Source of the DNA: Dehalococcoidia bacterium
Lineage (GTDB): Bacteria > Chloroflexota > Dehalococcoidia > Lucifugimonadales > UBA3495
Length of the DNA: 64,000 bases
Reading direction: 5' to 3'
Assembly: GCA_965216155.1 (NCBI GenBank)
Contig: CBDCFD010000007.1
Coordinates: 528,526 to 592,525, forward strand
Below are positions 8,575 to 18,835 of this stretch, piece after piece. Below the pieces are notes generated by a model that saw nothing but the letters and a program-made list of their open reading frames with translations, was not told where the DNA came from and did not search any database. The translations under genes and the position numbers were made by a program. Each line of letters starts with the position of its first letter. Position 1 is the stretch's first letter.

Positions 8575-10323
8575 ATGTCAGAAACCATCCCCGCAGTAAG
8601 TGAAGAGACTATATCAGACTGGGTAGGCTCACGGAGTTTCCAACTCGGTCGAAGCTACTTCGAAAATGAGGCTATCTTCGACCCTCGCCGCCAAGGCAGC
8701 TCCCTCAAAGCCTGCTGCCAAGGCTCCATGCCCCAGCCTTATCGCTTGGGCGTTGCCTTCGGCGCCGAAGGCATCGAAGAGGCCAATTGTTCTTGTCCGG
8801 TGGGTGACGGTGGACATTGCAAGCACGTCGGGGCGCTCCTGCTTACCTGGTTGGACCAGCCCGACGCCTTCCGAGTGGTGGCGGAACCGGACGCCGGCCT
8901 GGAGCAACGCAGCAAAGAAGAGCTGATTGCCCTAATCAAGCAAATGCTGCGGCTTCAACCCAACTTGGAGACCCTGTTGGAAGTTGCTTTGCCCGGAGGC
9001 GACCGGCGGCGCACTCCGGTCAACTCGGAAACCTACCGTCGCCAGGTATCGTCTGCTTTTCGACGTGGCGGGAACGATTGGATGGTGTCCTGGAGAATTG
9101 CCACGGACATTGGCATTACCGTGAGTGCTGGCGACGGTTTTCTGGCCCTGGATGACTACGCCAGCGCGAGTATCGTGTACCAAGCAGTGGCCCAGGGGAT
9201 ACTGGAACATTACGAGATGATACATGACGAAGATGGGGACCTGGGCGAAGTGGTGGACCGATGCGTGGAAGGGCTGGGGTGCTGCCTGGCCGGTGCGGGT
9301 GACGACGCCGCAGCCAGGGAAAGACCCCTGCAAACCCTCTTTGAAATATACCGTTTTGATGTGGACTATGGAGGGGTTGGCTTGGGAGAAGCTGCGCTGG
9401 ACCTTATACTAGAACACGCCACCGGAGAAGAGAAGCGCGCCGTTGCCGGTTGGGTGCGGGCCGCCATGCCCGAGGGTAATAGCTGGAGCGACAACTATCA
9501 CCGCCAAGTGTACGGCCGTTTCTTGTTGGGCTTGCAGATGGCTGACTTGGACGACGCCTCCTTCCTAAGCATTTGTCGTGAGAGCGGCCGTTTGGCCGAT
9601 TTGGTGGGCCGCCTGCTGACGCTGGGGCGGTTAGACGAAGCGATATCCGAAGCCGAGCCGGCCGGGGACTACGAGTTGCTGGCCCTGGCGGACATATTCC
9701 GCGAACATGGCTACGCCCAAAGCGTGGAACCGTTGTTGGTCAAGAGGATTGAAACCAGCCAGGACCATCGCCTGGTGGAGTGGCTCAAGGAACGCCACAA
9801 AGAACGGGGAGAACTGGCTGAAGCCCTGGCCCTCGCCAAACGGCTTCTCCAAGCACGCCCCTATCTCGCCGGGTATCAAGAGGTACGAGAGATGTCCCAG
9901 CAACTTGGTGTCTGGCAGGAATTGCGTCCGGATCTGCTGGACGAGTGGTCCGCCGCTAAGCAATACGGTCTGTTAACCGACATTTACCTGGAAGAAGGTG
10001 ACATAGACCTGGCTTTGAAATCGGTGAAGCAAAGAAAGCCGGGTTTTCTATATGGCGAAGACCAGTTAATCCGAGTGGCCCAATCTGCTTCGGAGACGCA
10101 TCCCCACGCTGCCGTTGACATCTATCTGCAACAAGTGGAGAGCCTGATTGAGGCCCGGGGCCGGGACAACTACCAGCGGGCGTGTTCGCACCTGATCAAA
10201 GTGCGAGACCTATACCGGCAACTCTCGGGGGAGCCGGCGTGGACCGACTTTATCACCGAACTACGAGAACGGCATCGGCGACTGCCCGCACTGAAAGAGG
10301 AGTTGAGAAACGCTGGGCTGTAA
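8575..10323 (+). CDS. SWIM zinc-finger protein with a long helical C-terminal region
   Basis: 582-aa ORF with CSCPVGDGGHCKHVGALLLTW (CxC-x(n)-CxH SWIM motif) near the N-terminus. Confidence 0.8.
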   Translation: MSETIPAVSEETISDWVGSRSFQLGRSYFENEAIFDPRRQGSSLKACCQGSMPQPYRLGVAFGAEGIEEANCSCPVGDGGHCKHVGALLLTWLDQPDAFRVVAEPDAGLEQRSKEELIALIKQMLRLQPNLETLLEVALPGGDRRRTPVNSETYRRQVSSAFRRGGNDWMVSWRIATDIGITVSAGDGFLALDDYASASIVYQAVAQGILEHYEMIHDEDGDLGEVVDRCVEGLGCCLAGAGDDAAARERPLQTLFEIYRFDVDYGGVGLGEAALDLILEHATGEEKRAVAGWVRAAMPEGNSWSDNYHRQVYGRFLLGLQMADLDDASFLSICRESGRLADLVGRLLTLGRLDEAISEAEPAGDYELLALADIFREHGYAQSVEPLLVKRIETSQDHRLVEWLKERHKERGELAEALALAKRLLQARPYLAGYQEVREMSQQLGVWQELRPDLLDEWSAAKQYGLLTDIYLEEGDIDLALKSVKQRKPGFLYGEDQLIRVAQSASETHPHAAVDIYLQQVESLIEARGRDNYQRACSHLIKVRDLYRQLSGEPAWTDFITELRERHRRLPALKEELRNAGL

Positions 10324-11094
10324 TTTTGAGCCAGTGCCGGGAGTATGGCATCCTGGAAGGCTTGAGGTCCCCATTGAGCAATTGGTAGCTCACTCCGGTC
10401 ATCAGGTGGAGATGGTTGGCTCCGTTGGCCTCGGCGCTGCGTAGTCGTTGTGCCCAGCGTTCAGGAATCCAGATTAGGCCGATGGCGTCGCACATTTAGG
10501 CCAAGACATCCCTTGGGGAAAGTCTCACAATGCTACATGCTTTGCAGATTCCCTTTTCCTGTGCTACCCCGCCACTGCAAACCCGGCGGGGAGGGGGCTT
10601 TACGACGGCGCCGGGGAAATGCGCCGACTTGCTTGGTCCCACCTGGCCGCAAACGGGCGAAGGACACGCCGAGGAACTTCCCCTGAACCAGGTCCACCAC
10701 GCCGCCGTAACCGTCCCCGCTGGTGCTGCCGGTGGCGACTCTGCTGGCCCTGGCATTTGGGACCAGGGTGGAAGACGCCTTTGACCGGAAGATAGCCCCC
10801 GGCAGCCTGCGGTCCCCGCCCAAGTCGCTGGCTCCTACGCACCGCGGCCCCTGGCACCGGCCGGGACGGAGTGTCAGCGTAATCCATCAGGGCAGCGTCT
10901 GGCTGACCAAGTTGATGCACCGGGGCCGGCTCTGGAGCCGGGTGTGGCTGCTGCCCGAACCCTAGCCCAACCTGGAGGTCACCCGCCATGCCCCAGCTTG
11001 AAACCCCATACATACCCCTGTCAGCTTCGAACCAGGGCGATGGCATCGGCGAACATGGGGAGCGGCTGTTCAATCATCCGGCCAGTATCCGGCG

Positions 11095-12132
11095 TTAGCG
11101 GTTTCTATGCGAAATAGACCCAAAAGGCAAGGGTGGGTTTGAAACCCGCCCATCCGGTGTATCAGCACGAACAGCGTCATTAACCGGCCCGGATGCCGGG
11201 TGGTCAAAGTGGTGGCGTTCGGTGCAACCGTCCAGCGATTGCTCCATCTGTATGGTGACATGGGAGATGCCGAAATCCTGGTAGGCAATCTGTTGCAGCC
11301 GGCGTCGCAGAATTTCCAGCTCCCCCGGATAATCGGGGGCGACCAGTACGTGGGCGGTAAGTGACTCATAGCCGGAGGTAATAGTCCAAGCGTGAATATC
11401 GTGAACCAAGGTCACACCTTCCACGTTTTCCAGATCGTTGCAGAGCCGGTGCATATCCAGGTGGGCCGGCGTGCCTTCCAGCAGTACCTGAAAAACCTTG
11501 ACTACCAAACGCCAGGAACTGGCCAAGATAAGCGCCCCGATAAGCACTCCCAGAATGGGGTCGGCAATCCACCAGCCAAAGGCCAGCGCCAGGATACCGG
11601 AAATAACTACACCGATTGACCCCATCAGGTCTGCCACTACGTGCCGGAATGCGCCTTCAACGTTGAGGCTGTGCCCGGCGGAACGGCGGAGTATCCAGGC
11701 GGCAATCAGGTTGATGACAAGCCCCACACCTCCGGCAACCAGTACAATGCTGCCTTCCACCTCTGGGACTTCCCGAAAGCGGTGGTAAGCCTCGAAGAAA
11801 ATCCAGCCGGCAATCACCCACAGGCTGACGGCGTTGAACAGGGCGGCCAGCACCTCAGTGCGATAGTATCCGAAAGTGCGCTCAATTGAGGCCGGCCGGT
11901 TCGCAATCCACATCGCGAAAAGGGCCAGCCCGATGGCGGCGGCGTCGGTGAGCATATGGGCGGCGTCGGCCAGGAGGGCCAGGCTGCCGGAAAGGATGCC
12001 GGCGGCTGTCTCAACCGCCATATAGCCGGAAATCAGCGCGAGGGCAATCAGCAACCGGCGGCGGCTGGCCCCGCGGTAATCGTGGCTATGACCATCGTGG
12101 CTATTGTGCGCGTTGGGGCAGTCAGGCGTCAT
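11095..12132 (-). CDS. Cation diffusion facilitator (CzcD/ZitB-like) metal exporter
   Basis: N-terminal His-rich stretch, then SLALLADAAHMLTDAAAIGLALFAMWIANRPASIERTFGYYRTEVLAALFNA, typical of CDF TM2-TM3. Confidence 0.9.
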   Translation of the reverse strand: MTPDCPNAHNSHDGHSHDYRGASRRRLLIALALISGYMAVETAAGILSGSLALLADAAHMLTDAAAIGLALFAMWIANRPASIERTFGYYRTEVLAALFNAVSLWVIAGWIFFEAYHRFREVPEVEGSIVLVAGGVGLVINLIAAWILRRSAGHSLNVEGAFRHVVADLMGSIGVVISGILALAFGWWIADPILGVLIGALILASSWRLVVKVFQVLLEGTPAHLDMHRLCNDLENVEGVTLVHDIHAWTITSGYESLTAHVLVAPDYPGELEILRRRLQQIAYQDFGISHVTIQMEQSLDGCTERHHFDHPASGPVNDAVRADTPDGRVSNPPLPFGSISHRNR

Positions 12133-12677
12133 TTCCGGCCTCTCGGTCAGTTAGCCTGATGCGGCGCTGGTCTGTCCGGCATGCCGCCGAGCTTGAGGCG
12201 CCTGACCAGCGGGTCCAGTTCGGCATTGCGGGGCATGGATGACCTCCCGGCATCGATTCGCTGCCGAGGGCGAAGACTTCACCGGGCGGCCTGGCGAAGC
12301 GTCCCTGCTGGCGGCGGTGGTGAACCCTCCGGCGTCTCGCTTTGCTCCAGGGCCCGCACCATGATGCGCTCGACGTCAAGGGCCTTGCGTCAGGTGACGT
12401 CCAGCACTCCGGGATGAGGCGTTGTTCTGGCCGGACGAGCTTGTGTCCATGCCTGATTCCGCTCAGGGCAGGGGCACGTAGGAGAGGTATCCAAAGCGTC
12501 ATAAACGGCGTTCCGCCTGGCGCAGGATCGTAGTTGTGGCGGACGGGCCATCCGGCGGGGCGCGTCGGTCCCTTACGAATGAGATACCGCGCCAGCCAGA
12601 GCGGCGCCCCCGTTGGCCTCCGGGACGTTGTCACCGGGCGGGGCCGGAAAGGCTCCACTACCCGCTCGAAAATGGCC

Positions 12678-14045
12678 TCATTGAAGGTCCTGATGAGCCC
12701 TTCCCACCAGGACCTCGCTTCGGTAGCGCCAGGACCTTTCGGCAATTTCATCAAAGAAGTCGGCGGGGAGGCCAGACAGGGAGATCGCAACCTCAATCTC
12801 TTTGGCCAGGGTGGTGTCGAAGATTCCCGGATCGTCGCTTCCCACCACGAAGGGAACGCCCCACTCGCAGAGTTGAACAATCGGATGGTGCTCGGGCCGC
12901 GAGATGCCGCCAACACGGCGGTTCGATGTCGGACATATCTCAACGACCGAGCCTAGGGCGCTGATGCAGCCGGCCGCATACCGTTGACGAAGACGCATCT
13001 CTTTGAGCCTCTGTTCGTCGTAATGGACAGTGAGGAGGGCCTGCCGCGGCAGACTGCGCAGCCGGTCCATCTCCTGTGCAATCGCCTGATCGTCCACCGG
13101 GACGCCCAACTTGCTGAGTCCTTCCCTGTTCCGAAGATCATAGCGGAACTGGTCCATTCGTTCCGCAACGGACTCCCGGCGGCTGTGGACCCCGTACATG
13201 TCCGGGCTGACTCCCAGGGCTATGGCGTGTCCCAACCGGTGGACGCCCATCTCCGCGGCCTCGTGGACCCAGCGTACAGCGCTTTCCAGCGACTTGTCGG
13301 AGAAGCTTTCTCCAACGTGGTAAAGAATTGCCAGGGCCCGTTCCGGGTGCGCGCGGTTGAACTCCTTCACCGCTTCGAAAAATTCCCGCTGCTCTTTCGG
13401 AGGATGCCCTTCCTCCAGATAGCAAAAGTCGATCCCGGTCAACAGGTGACCACTGGGCCCAAGCGCCACCTCCCTGGTCACTTCCCATCCGGGCCAGGGA
13501 TTGTCCCTCGAAAGACTGACGGCAAGGCGTGGTTGAATGTCGGAGCCTTCATACTCCGAATAGGCGTCCAACATGGCCAGTAGCATTTGCCTGGCCTGGT
13601 CCCGGGTAAAACCGGAAGGTAGCGTCATGCGTTGCTCGGCGTAGCCAATATTCTCCGCAAGTTGTCGTTTCAGAATTTGGTGCATGAAATGGCAGACTCC
13701 ATAGACCAGGGTCGAAAAGGCGGAACCTTCTTCCCCCAAAGTCGCCCTCTTGATGCCGCAATTCAGCATGTTGTACTTGGCTTGAAACCTGGCAAAGTTG
13801 CCGCCGTCTTCGTCCTGAAATACAAAGAGCCTCCGAAACTCGTTCTCCGCTCCCGGCCTCCCCAGATTATATCGATCCAGTATTTCATGAACTGCCGGAA
13901 GTTCGCCGTAAGCTTCCCGGAATGAAAGTTCGTAAGGAGTCCAGTCCACAGAACGGTCCTTGACGAATTCAAGAAAATGTTTCCAGTGAATCGACCCGTA
14001 GAGGTGGAGGTGGATATCTGCCAGTTTCTGATTAGTGCTATCCAT
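12678..14045 (-). CDS. Adenosine/AMP-deaminase-like amidohydrolase
   Basis: ADIHLHLYGS near the N-terminus, HRLGHAIALGV, EICPTSNRRVGGI and VGSDDPGIFDTTL are metal-dependent deaminase motifs. Confidence 0.75.
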   Translation of the reverse strand: MDSTNQKLADIHLHLYGSIHWKHFLEFVKDRSVDWTPYELSFREAYGELPAVHEILDRYNLGRPGAENEFRRLFVFQDEDGGNFARFQAKYNMLNCGIKRATLGEEGSAFSTLVYGVCHFMHQILKRQLAENIGYAEQRMTLPSGFTRDQARQMLLAMLDAYSEYEGSDIQPRLAVSLSRDNPWPGWEVTREVALGPSGHLLTGIDFCYLEEGHPPKEQREFFEAVKEFNRAHPERALAILYHVGESFSDKSLESAVRWVHEAAEMGVHRLGHAIALGVSPDMYGVHSRRESVAERMDQFRYDLRNREGLSKLGVPVDDQAIAQEMDRLRSLPRQALLTVHYDEQRLKEMRLRQRYAAGCISALGSVVEICPTSNRRVGGISRPEHHPIVQLCEWGVPFVVGSDDPGIFDTTLAKEIEVAISLSGLPADFFDEIAERSWRYRSEVLVGRAHQDLQ

Positions 14046-14777
14046 GGCCGAATTCTAACACGCCGTGTTGCCGGCAACTTGCTTCCGAATCCCGGACGAA
14101 GGCCACAGAACCAACAACAGGAATGCGGATCCCAGTGCAGCAGTCCACCAACTCTTGGGTTAGTGCTGAGTTCCTGCGGAACGGTCTCACCACGACGCTG
14201 GCGGGTACCGAGTATCCCCGAGTGCATGCGCCCGTGATTCCAGGGAAAATACTGCTATTCAGCGCGCCTTCGCGGAGTTCCTGCTCCTGACCATGGAAGG
14301 AGTCAAGACGCTACCCCGGAATCAATAGACACCAAAAAGTGCGGTACTCATGGGTAGTGGATTTGCCTAGGACATAGGTTCTGACACCACGGGCCGAAGG
14401 ATGGGAAATAGCAGCGAGTGGTTCGAGTCCAGTTTGGTGGGGCTGGCCGATGCAGCCTACCTGATACTAACACGCCTGCTTTGGGTTTATGCCAGCTTTG
14501 GTTGGGGTTTCAAGTTACGTGCAGGTATTTTCCAAATAGCGAAATCTCGACTTCAACCCGCCATTGCCTGGATTCACAAACGAAGTGCAACAACAAGCTA
14601 AGGTGCTGCCATGGGAACTCGGTCCCGACGAATCCCCATCGACCAGCGGTGTGAAGTGGCACGTATTCATGACTACGCGCATGTCCCCTGCAACGTTCTC
14701 ATCTGATACTATGTCAAACTAGGCAGGCGCCACTCTCGCTGGCCAGTTTGCTCAACCTTTTCCCTGGTCGTTTGCAG

Positions 14778-14822
14778 ATGGACTTCAGCCCGCCCGGGAA
14801 ACCCACGGACAACACCTTCATC
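14778..14822 (+). pseudogene. Short relic of an IS3-family (rve) transposase
   Basis: MDFSPPGKPTDNTFI resembles the conserved LDFSRPGKPTDNAFIE segment of IS3 OrfB. Nothing else of the gene remains. Confidence 0.35.
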
Positions 14823-14870
14823 TGGCGCCAGACCAAAGAACTAGAAAATCGTTAATTCGGAGGCCTTTCA

Positions 14871-16631
14871 ATGCCAGTCAAAGGGACCACGCTAACCAGT
14901 CTTCGTCCATTGATGCAGGGGGTCAACGGCATGGTGGTAGCCAGCCACCCCAGTGCCGCCATGGCCGGTTTGGAAGTCCTGAAAAACGGTGGTAACGCGA
15001 TTGACGCCGGAGTGGCCGTCGGCTTAGCGTTGAACGTGGTGCATGTCGATGACTGCAGCTTCCTGGGCGTGGCGCCCACGGTCATATACCTGGCTGACCG
15101 GAAAGAAGTTACCACTCTTGACGGGCTCGGGGTCTGGCCTAAAGCCGCGTCGGTCGAGTACTTTCAAAAAAACCACGGCGGAAGAATTCCGGCCGGCGTG
15201 CTCTCGTCCTTAACTCCGGCCGCCGCCGATTCGTGGCTAACCTCCCTGTCCACGTTTGGCACGATGACCTTCGGAGAGGTGGCGACCGCGGCCATCGACC
15301 TGGCCGGAAACGGTTTCCCCATGTTCCGTTACCTGGCCGGCCGGTTCAAGACCGCCTTCGACCAGTACAGCGCGCACCCGTCAACCGCCGAGATTTACCT
15401 GCCTGGCGGCCGGGCCCCCAAACAGGGCGAGATGTTCTATCAGAAGGACTTGGCCGCCACCTTGGCCAAAATCGCCGATGTGGAGGCTTCCAACACCGGG
15501 AAAGGCCGGGAGGCCGCGCTCAAGGAGGCCAGAGACTACATCTACACCGGCGAACTTGGCCGCAAGATTGCCGCATACAACGGGGAGATGGGGGGTATGC
15601 TCACCGAGGAAGACCTAGCCCGGTATCATGTCCAAGTGGCTCCGCCCGTGACGGTAAACTACAAGGGCTACGACGTCTACAGCACAGGGCCGTGGGGCCA
15701 AGGACCGACGTTCCCTCAAGCCCTCAAGATCCTGGAAGGTTACGACCTGGCGTCCATGGGCCACAATTCCGCCGAGTACATCCACACCGTGAACCAGGCC
15801 TTGAATTTGGCCTTTGCCGACCGTGAGCAGTACGTGGGAGACCCGGATTTCGTGGACGTGCCGATCAATGAAATGCTGGCGGCGGAATATCTGGCTAAGC
15901 GCCGGTCTCTAATCGATCCGGACCTGGCCTGGCCGGGTACGCCCCCCGCGGGAGACCCGCGAAACGGAAAGGCGACTATCGACGGGGCCCCGCAGTCCCC
16001 CGGAGAGGCGGCGGTCCCTGTTGGCACAGCCGGAGTCAGCGGCGGCGGGACTTCTTACTTCGCCGTAATCGACCGGGATGGAAACATCTTCTCCTCCACC
16101 CCCAGCGAGGGCACCAAGAACGGCGGGCCAATAATTCCGGGCACCGGCCTGGCGTTCTCATTGCGCGGCTCCCAGTCCAAGCTCACTGAAGGCCATCCGG
16201 CGTCGGTCGCAGGGGGCAAGCGGCCCAGGCTCACTCCCGCGCCCGCTCTGGTGTTGCGCGACGGCGAGCCCGTGATGGCCCTTGGCGCCCACGGTGGCGA
16301 CCATATCCCGCAAGGCACTCTGCAACTGCTGTTGAACGTCTTGGAATTTGGCCGCGACCCTCAAGAGGCCGTGGAGGAACCCCGTTTCTATAGCTATAAC
16401 TTCCCCAGTTCCAACTGGGCGTCCAAATATGAGCCGGGGATGCTGCGGTTGGAAGGCCGTATTTCCGGTGAAGTGGCCGAGAAATTACGGCGGAAGGGCC
16501 ACACGATAGAGCAGTATCCCGATTGGTGGGAAGGTTCAGCCTTGTATTGTGTCATCACTCGCAACCCGGAGACCAAGGTGCTGCAGGGCGGCGCGGACCC
16601 GCGGTGCGAGGCCTACGCCGTCGGTTTCTAG
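14871..16631 (+). CDS. ggt: Gamma-glutamyltransferase family protein
   Basis: 586 aa, GGAGG Shine-Dalgarno upstream. GGGTSYFAVIDRDGN is the autoprocessing Thr motif, and the C-terminal GGADPR motif is present. Confidence 0.9.
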   Translation: MPVKGTTLTSLRPLMQGVNGMVVASHPSAAMAGLEVLKNGGNAIDAGVAVGLALNVVHVDDCSFLGVAPTVIYLADRKEVTTLDGLGVWPKAASVEYFQKNHGGRIPAGVLSSLTPAAADSWLTSLSTFGTMTFGEVATAAIDLAGNGFPMFRYLAGRFKTAFDQYSAHPSTAEIYLPGGRAPKQGEMFYQKDLAATLAKIADVEASNTGKGREAALKEARDYIYTGELGRKIAAYNGEMGGMLTEEDLARYHVQVAPPVTVNYKGYDVYSTGPWGQGPTFPQALKILEGYDLASMGHNSAEYIHTVNQALNLAFADREQYVGDPDFVDVPINEMLAAEYLAKRRSLIDPDLAWPGTPPAGDPRNGKATIDGAPQSPGEAAVPVGTAGVSGGGTSYFAVIDRDGNIFSSTPSEGTKNGGPIIPGTGLAFSLRGSQSKLTEGHPASVAGGKRPRLTPAPALVLRDGEPVMALGAHGGDHIPQGTLQLLLNVLEFGRDPQEAVEEPRFYSYNFPSSNWASKYEPGMLRLEGRISGEVAEKLRRKGHTIEQYPDWWEGSALYCVITRNPETKVLQGGADPRCEAYAVGF

Positions 16632-16764
16632 TCCCGCCGCAAACACTGGCAATCTTCGTGAGGACAATTTGGCAGTACGCCTGAAAATGGGCGTCGATGA
16701 GCAGATCTTCCCTAAGACCTGTAGAATTCCTTTCAAGCCAGTTTGAAGGAGGCCCACGTCCATC

Positions 16765-17817
16765 ATGAAGTTTGCCCTTTTTTTGCTGGGTTCCTGGACA
16801 GAGCAGGAGACCAGCGCCCAAAGCCGGATCTTTGGTGAAATGCTGGAACAGGTCGAATACGCCGAGGAGGTAGGCTTTGATTCGATCTGGATTGCGGAGC
16901 ATCACTCCAGCCGGTACGGCATCTGTCCCTCCCTGATGCCGCTGCTCAGCCACATCGCCGCACGTACCAGGAAGATCCGGATCGGGGCCGGCGTCAGCGT
17001 CTTGCCGTTCCACAATCCCATTTTCCTGGCTGAAGAGAGCGCAATGTTGGACGTGCTAAGCAATGGCAGGCTGGACTTCGGGGTTGGACGTGGCTCGGCA
17101 GATTACGAGTACGGTAACTTCAATATCGACTTTGACACCCGCGACGTGCGAACTCAGGAGGGCTTGGACATTATCCTGGGGTTGTGGACCCAGTCCGACT
17201 TCACTTTTCAGGGCGAATTTTATCAGGTGAAAGACCTTACAATAGCTCCCTGGCCAGTTCAACAACCCCATCCCCCGGTGTATCTGGCCGTATCCCGCAC
17301 GCCCGCCAGCGTGGACGTTGCCGTAGCGCGGGACCTGCCCATCCTGACCAGCTTTTCTACCCCGGAGGCCGACAACCTGGGCCTGTTTTCCCTTTATGCT
17401 GAACGCTGCGCCGCTGCCGGTAAGAATCTGCCTCTGGAGGAAATGCCCTACTTCCGGTTTGTCTACTTGGAGGAAGACGGACCGGCAGCCCGGGAATACC
17501 CGAGGCAGTCCCTGACCTGGGTGCGGGACCTGGGGGGTTATCGGCGCACCTTGACCCACGGCGATGAAATCAATGTGGACCTGGACCACTGGCGCCGGAC
17601 CCGCACCGTCGAACCGGCCAGCTATGAGTCGGAACTGGAGACCACCGCTTATTTCGGCACTCCAGAGCAATGTGTGCAACGAATCACCAAGTTGCGGGAC
17701 GAACACGGCATCGGGTACTTTGGCGCCAGCATGTCCTTCGGTAGTATGGAGCACTCCAGGGTATTGCGTTCAATGGAGCTTTTTGCCAAGGAAGTGATGC
17801 CCAAGTTCCGGACATAG
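16765..17817 (+). CDS. LLM-class (luciferase-like) flavin-dependent oxidoreductase
   Basis: FDSIWIAEHHSSRYGICPSLMPLLSHIAARTRKIRIGAGVSVLPFHNPIFLAEESAMLDVLSNGRLDFGVGRG. Confidence 0.9.
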   Translation: MKFALFLLGSWTEQETSAQSRIFGEMLEQVEYAEEVGFDSIWIAEHHSSRYGICPSLMPLLSHIAARTRKIRIGAGVSVLPFHNPIFLAEESAMLDVLSNGRLDFGVGRGSADYEYGNFNIDFDTRDVRTQEGLDIILGLWTQSDFTFQGEFYQVKDLTIAPWPVQQPHPPVYLAVSRTPASVDVAVARDLPILTSFSTPEADNLGLFSLYAERCAAAGKNLPLEEMPYFRFVYLEEDGPAAREYPRQSLTWVRDLGGYRRTLTHGDEINVDLDHWRRTRTVEPASYESELETTAYFGTPEQCVQRITKLRDEHGIGYFGASMSFGSMEHSRVLRSMELFAKEVMPKFRT

Positions 17818-17930
17818 GACTCCGTCACCGACTCTTACGAGTCCAGGATCTCGCTGCAGGTCATGGGGGTGTCAAACGCGAGGGTGGGAATCTACTGGAA
17901 TGAGCGCCCCTAAGTCGCGAAGGAGACACC

Positions 17931-18800
17931 ATGACCAGCGTTGGATACAATCCGGCAGGTCAATTCGACGTCGAAATTACCGATCTGGTCTACCTGGAAC
18001 GCCAGAGCGGCAGCCTCGGGGCAACCATCTACCAGCCCCAGGGCGAAGGGCCTTTCCCAGGTTTGCTGGACGTTCACGGCGGCAGATGGTTCCTGAACGA
18101 CCGTTCCCACGACCACCTCATGAACTCGGCCTTCGCGGCCAGCGGCATTGTGGTCGTCGCAATAGACTTCAGGTTGGCCCCACAACACCCCTACCCGGGA
18201 CAGGTCGTGGACACTAACTATGCTACCCGCTGGATGAAGGCCCAGTCCCGACAGCTTAATATAGACCCGGCATCGGTGGGCGCCTTGGGCTGTTCCAGCG
18301 GTGCCCACACTGTCGCGCTGAGCGGAATGCGCCCCAAGGACTCCCGCTATAGGGCGTTGCCGCTCCGCGGAGGAGCAGATGTGGACGCCTCGTTGCGTTA
18401 CATGCTGTGCTGTTGGCCCGTCCTTGACCCTCACGCGCGCTACCTCTGGGCCCGCGAAATTGGCGACCACCGGTTGATAGGCCCCACGGAGTCTTACTTT
18501 CCAGATCACGCAAGCCTCCATGAAGGCAACCCTCAGGAGGTCCTGGAACGGGGAGAGCCCGTGGAGCTGCCTCCTGCGATAATCATCCAGGGCGCCAATG
18601 ACTCAAACGTCCCCCTGTTTATTCCCCAAAAGTTCGAGGCCGCGTACCGGACCGCCGGAGGCGACATCGAGCTGGAACTGTTCGCGGGGATGCCCCACGG
18701 CTTCGGCAATATTCCCGGAGCTGAATCCGAACGGGCCATTGAGTTGATGAAGGACTTTATCGCGCGGCAATTGTCACGCCCGGCGGTGGCGCCGGTTTAA
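17931..18800 (+). CDS. Alpha/beta hydrolase (esterase/lipase, HGG type)
   Basis: HGGRW oxyanion motif, GCSSGAH nucleophile elbow, AIDFRLAPQHPYP. Confidence 0.85.
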   Translation: MTSVGYNPAGQFDVEITDLVYLERQSGSLGATIYQPQGEGPFPGLLDVHGGRWFLNDRSHDHLMNSAFAASGIVVVAIDFRLAPQHPYPGQVVDTNYATRWMKAQSRQLNIDPASVGALGCSSGAHTVALSGMRPKDSRYRALPLRGGADVDASLRYMLCCWPVLDPHARYLWAREIGDHRLIGPTESYFPDHASLHEGNPQEVLERGEPVELPPAIIIQGANDSNVPLFIPQKFEAAYRTAGGDIELELFAGMPHGFGNIPGAESERAIELMKDFIARQLSRPAVAPV

Positions 18801-18835
18801 CAGAGTTTTCAACCGGCAAGACCATTGGAGAGCCG

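Noticed and set aside
10330-11090. Coding potential downstream of the SWIM gene (ORFs 10253-10495(-), 10600-11073(-), 10533-10823(-)).
   Set aside because: The ORFs overlap in several frames and none has recognisable motifs or translation signals. They are possibly decayed remnants, but I cannot support a call.
12140-12680. A metal-responsive regulator (ArsR/MerR type) between the CDF exporter and the deaminase-like gene, including track ORF 12122-12943(-).
   Set aside because: No frame gives an HTH-like sequence with a start codon. The 273-codon ORF overlaps the 3' end of the deaminase-like gene and is W/R/P-rich.
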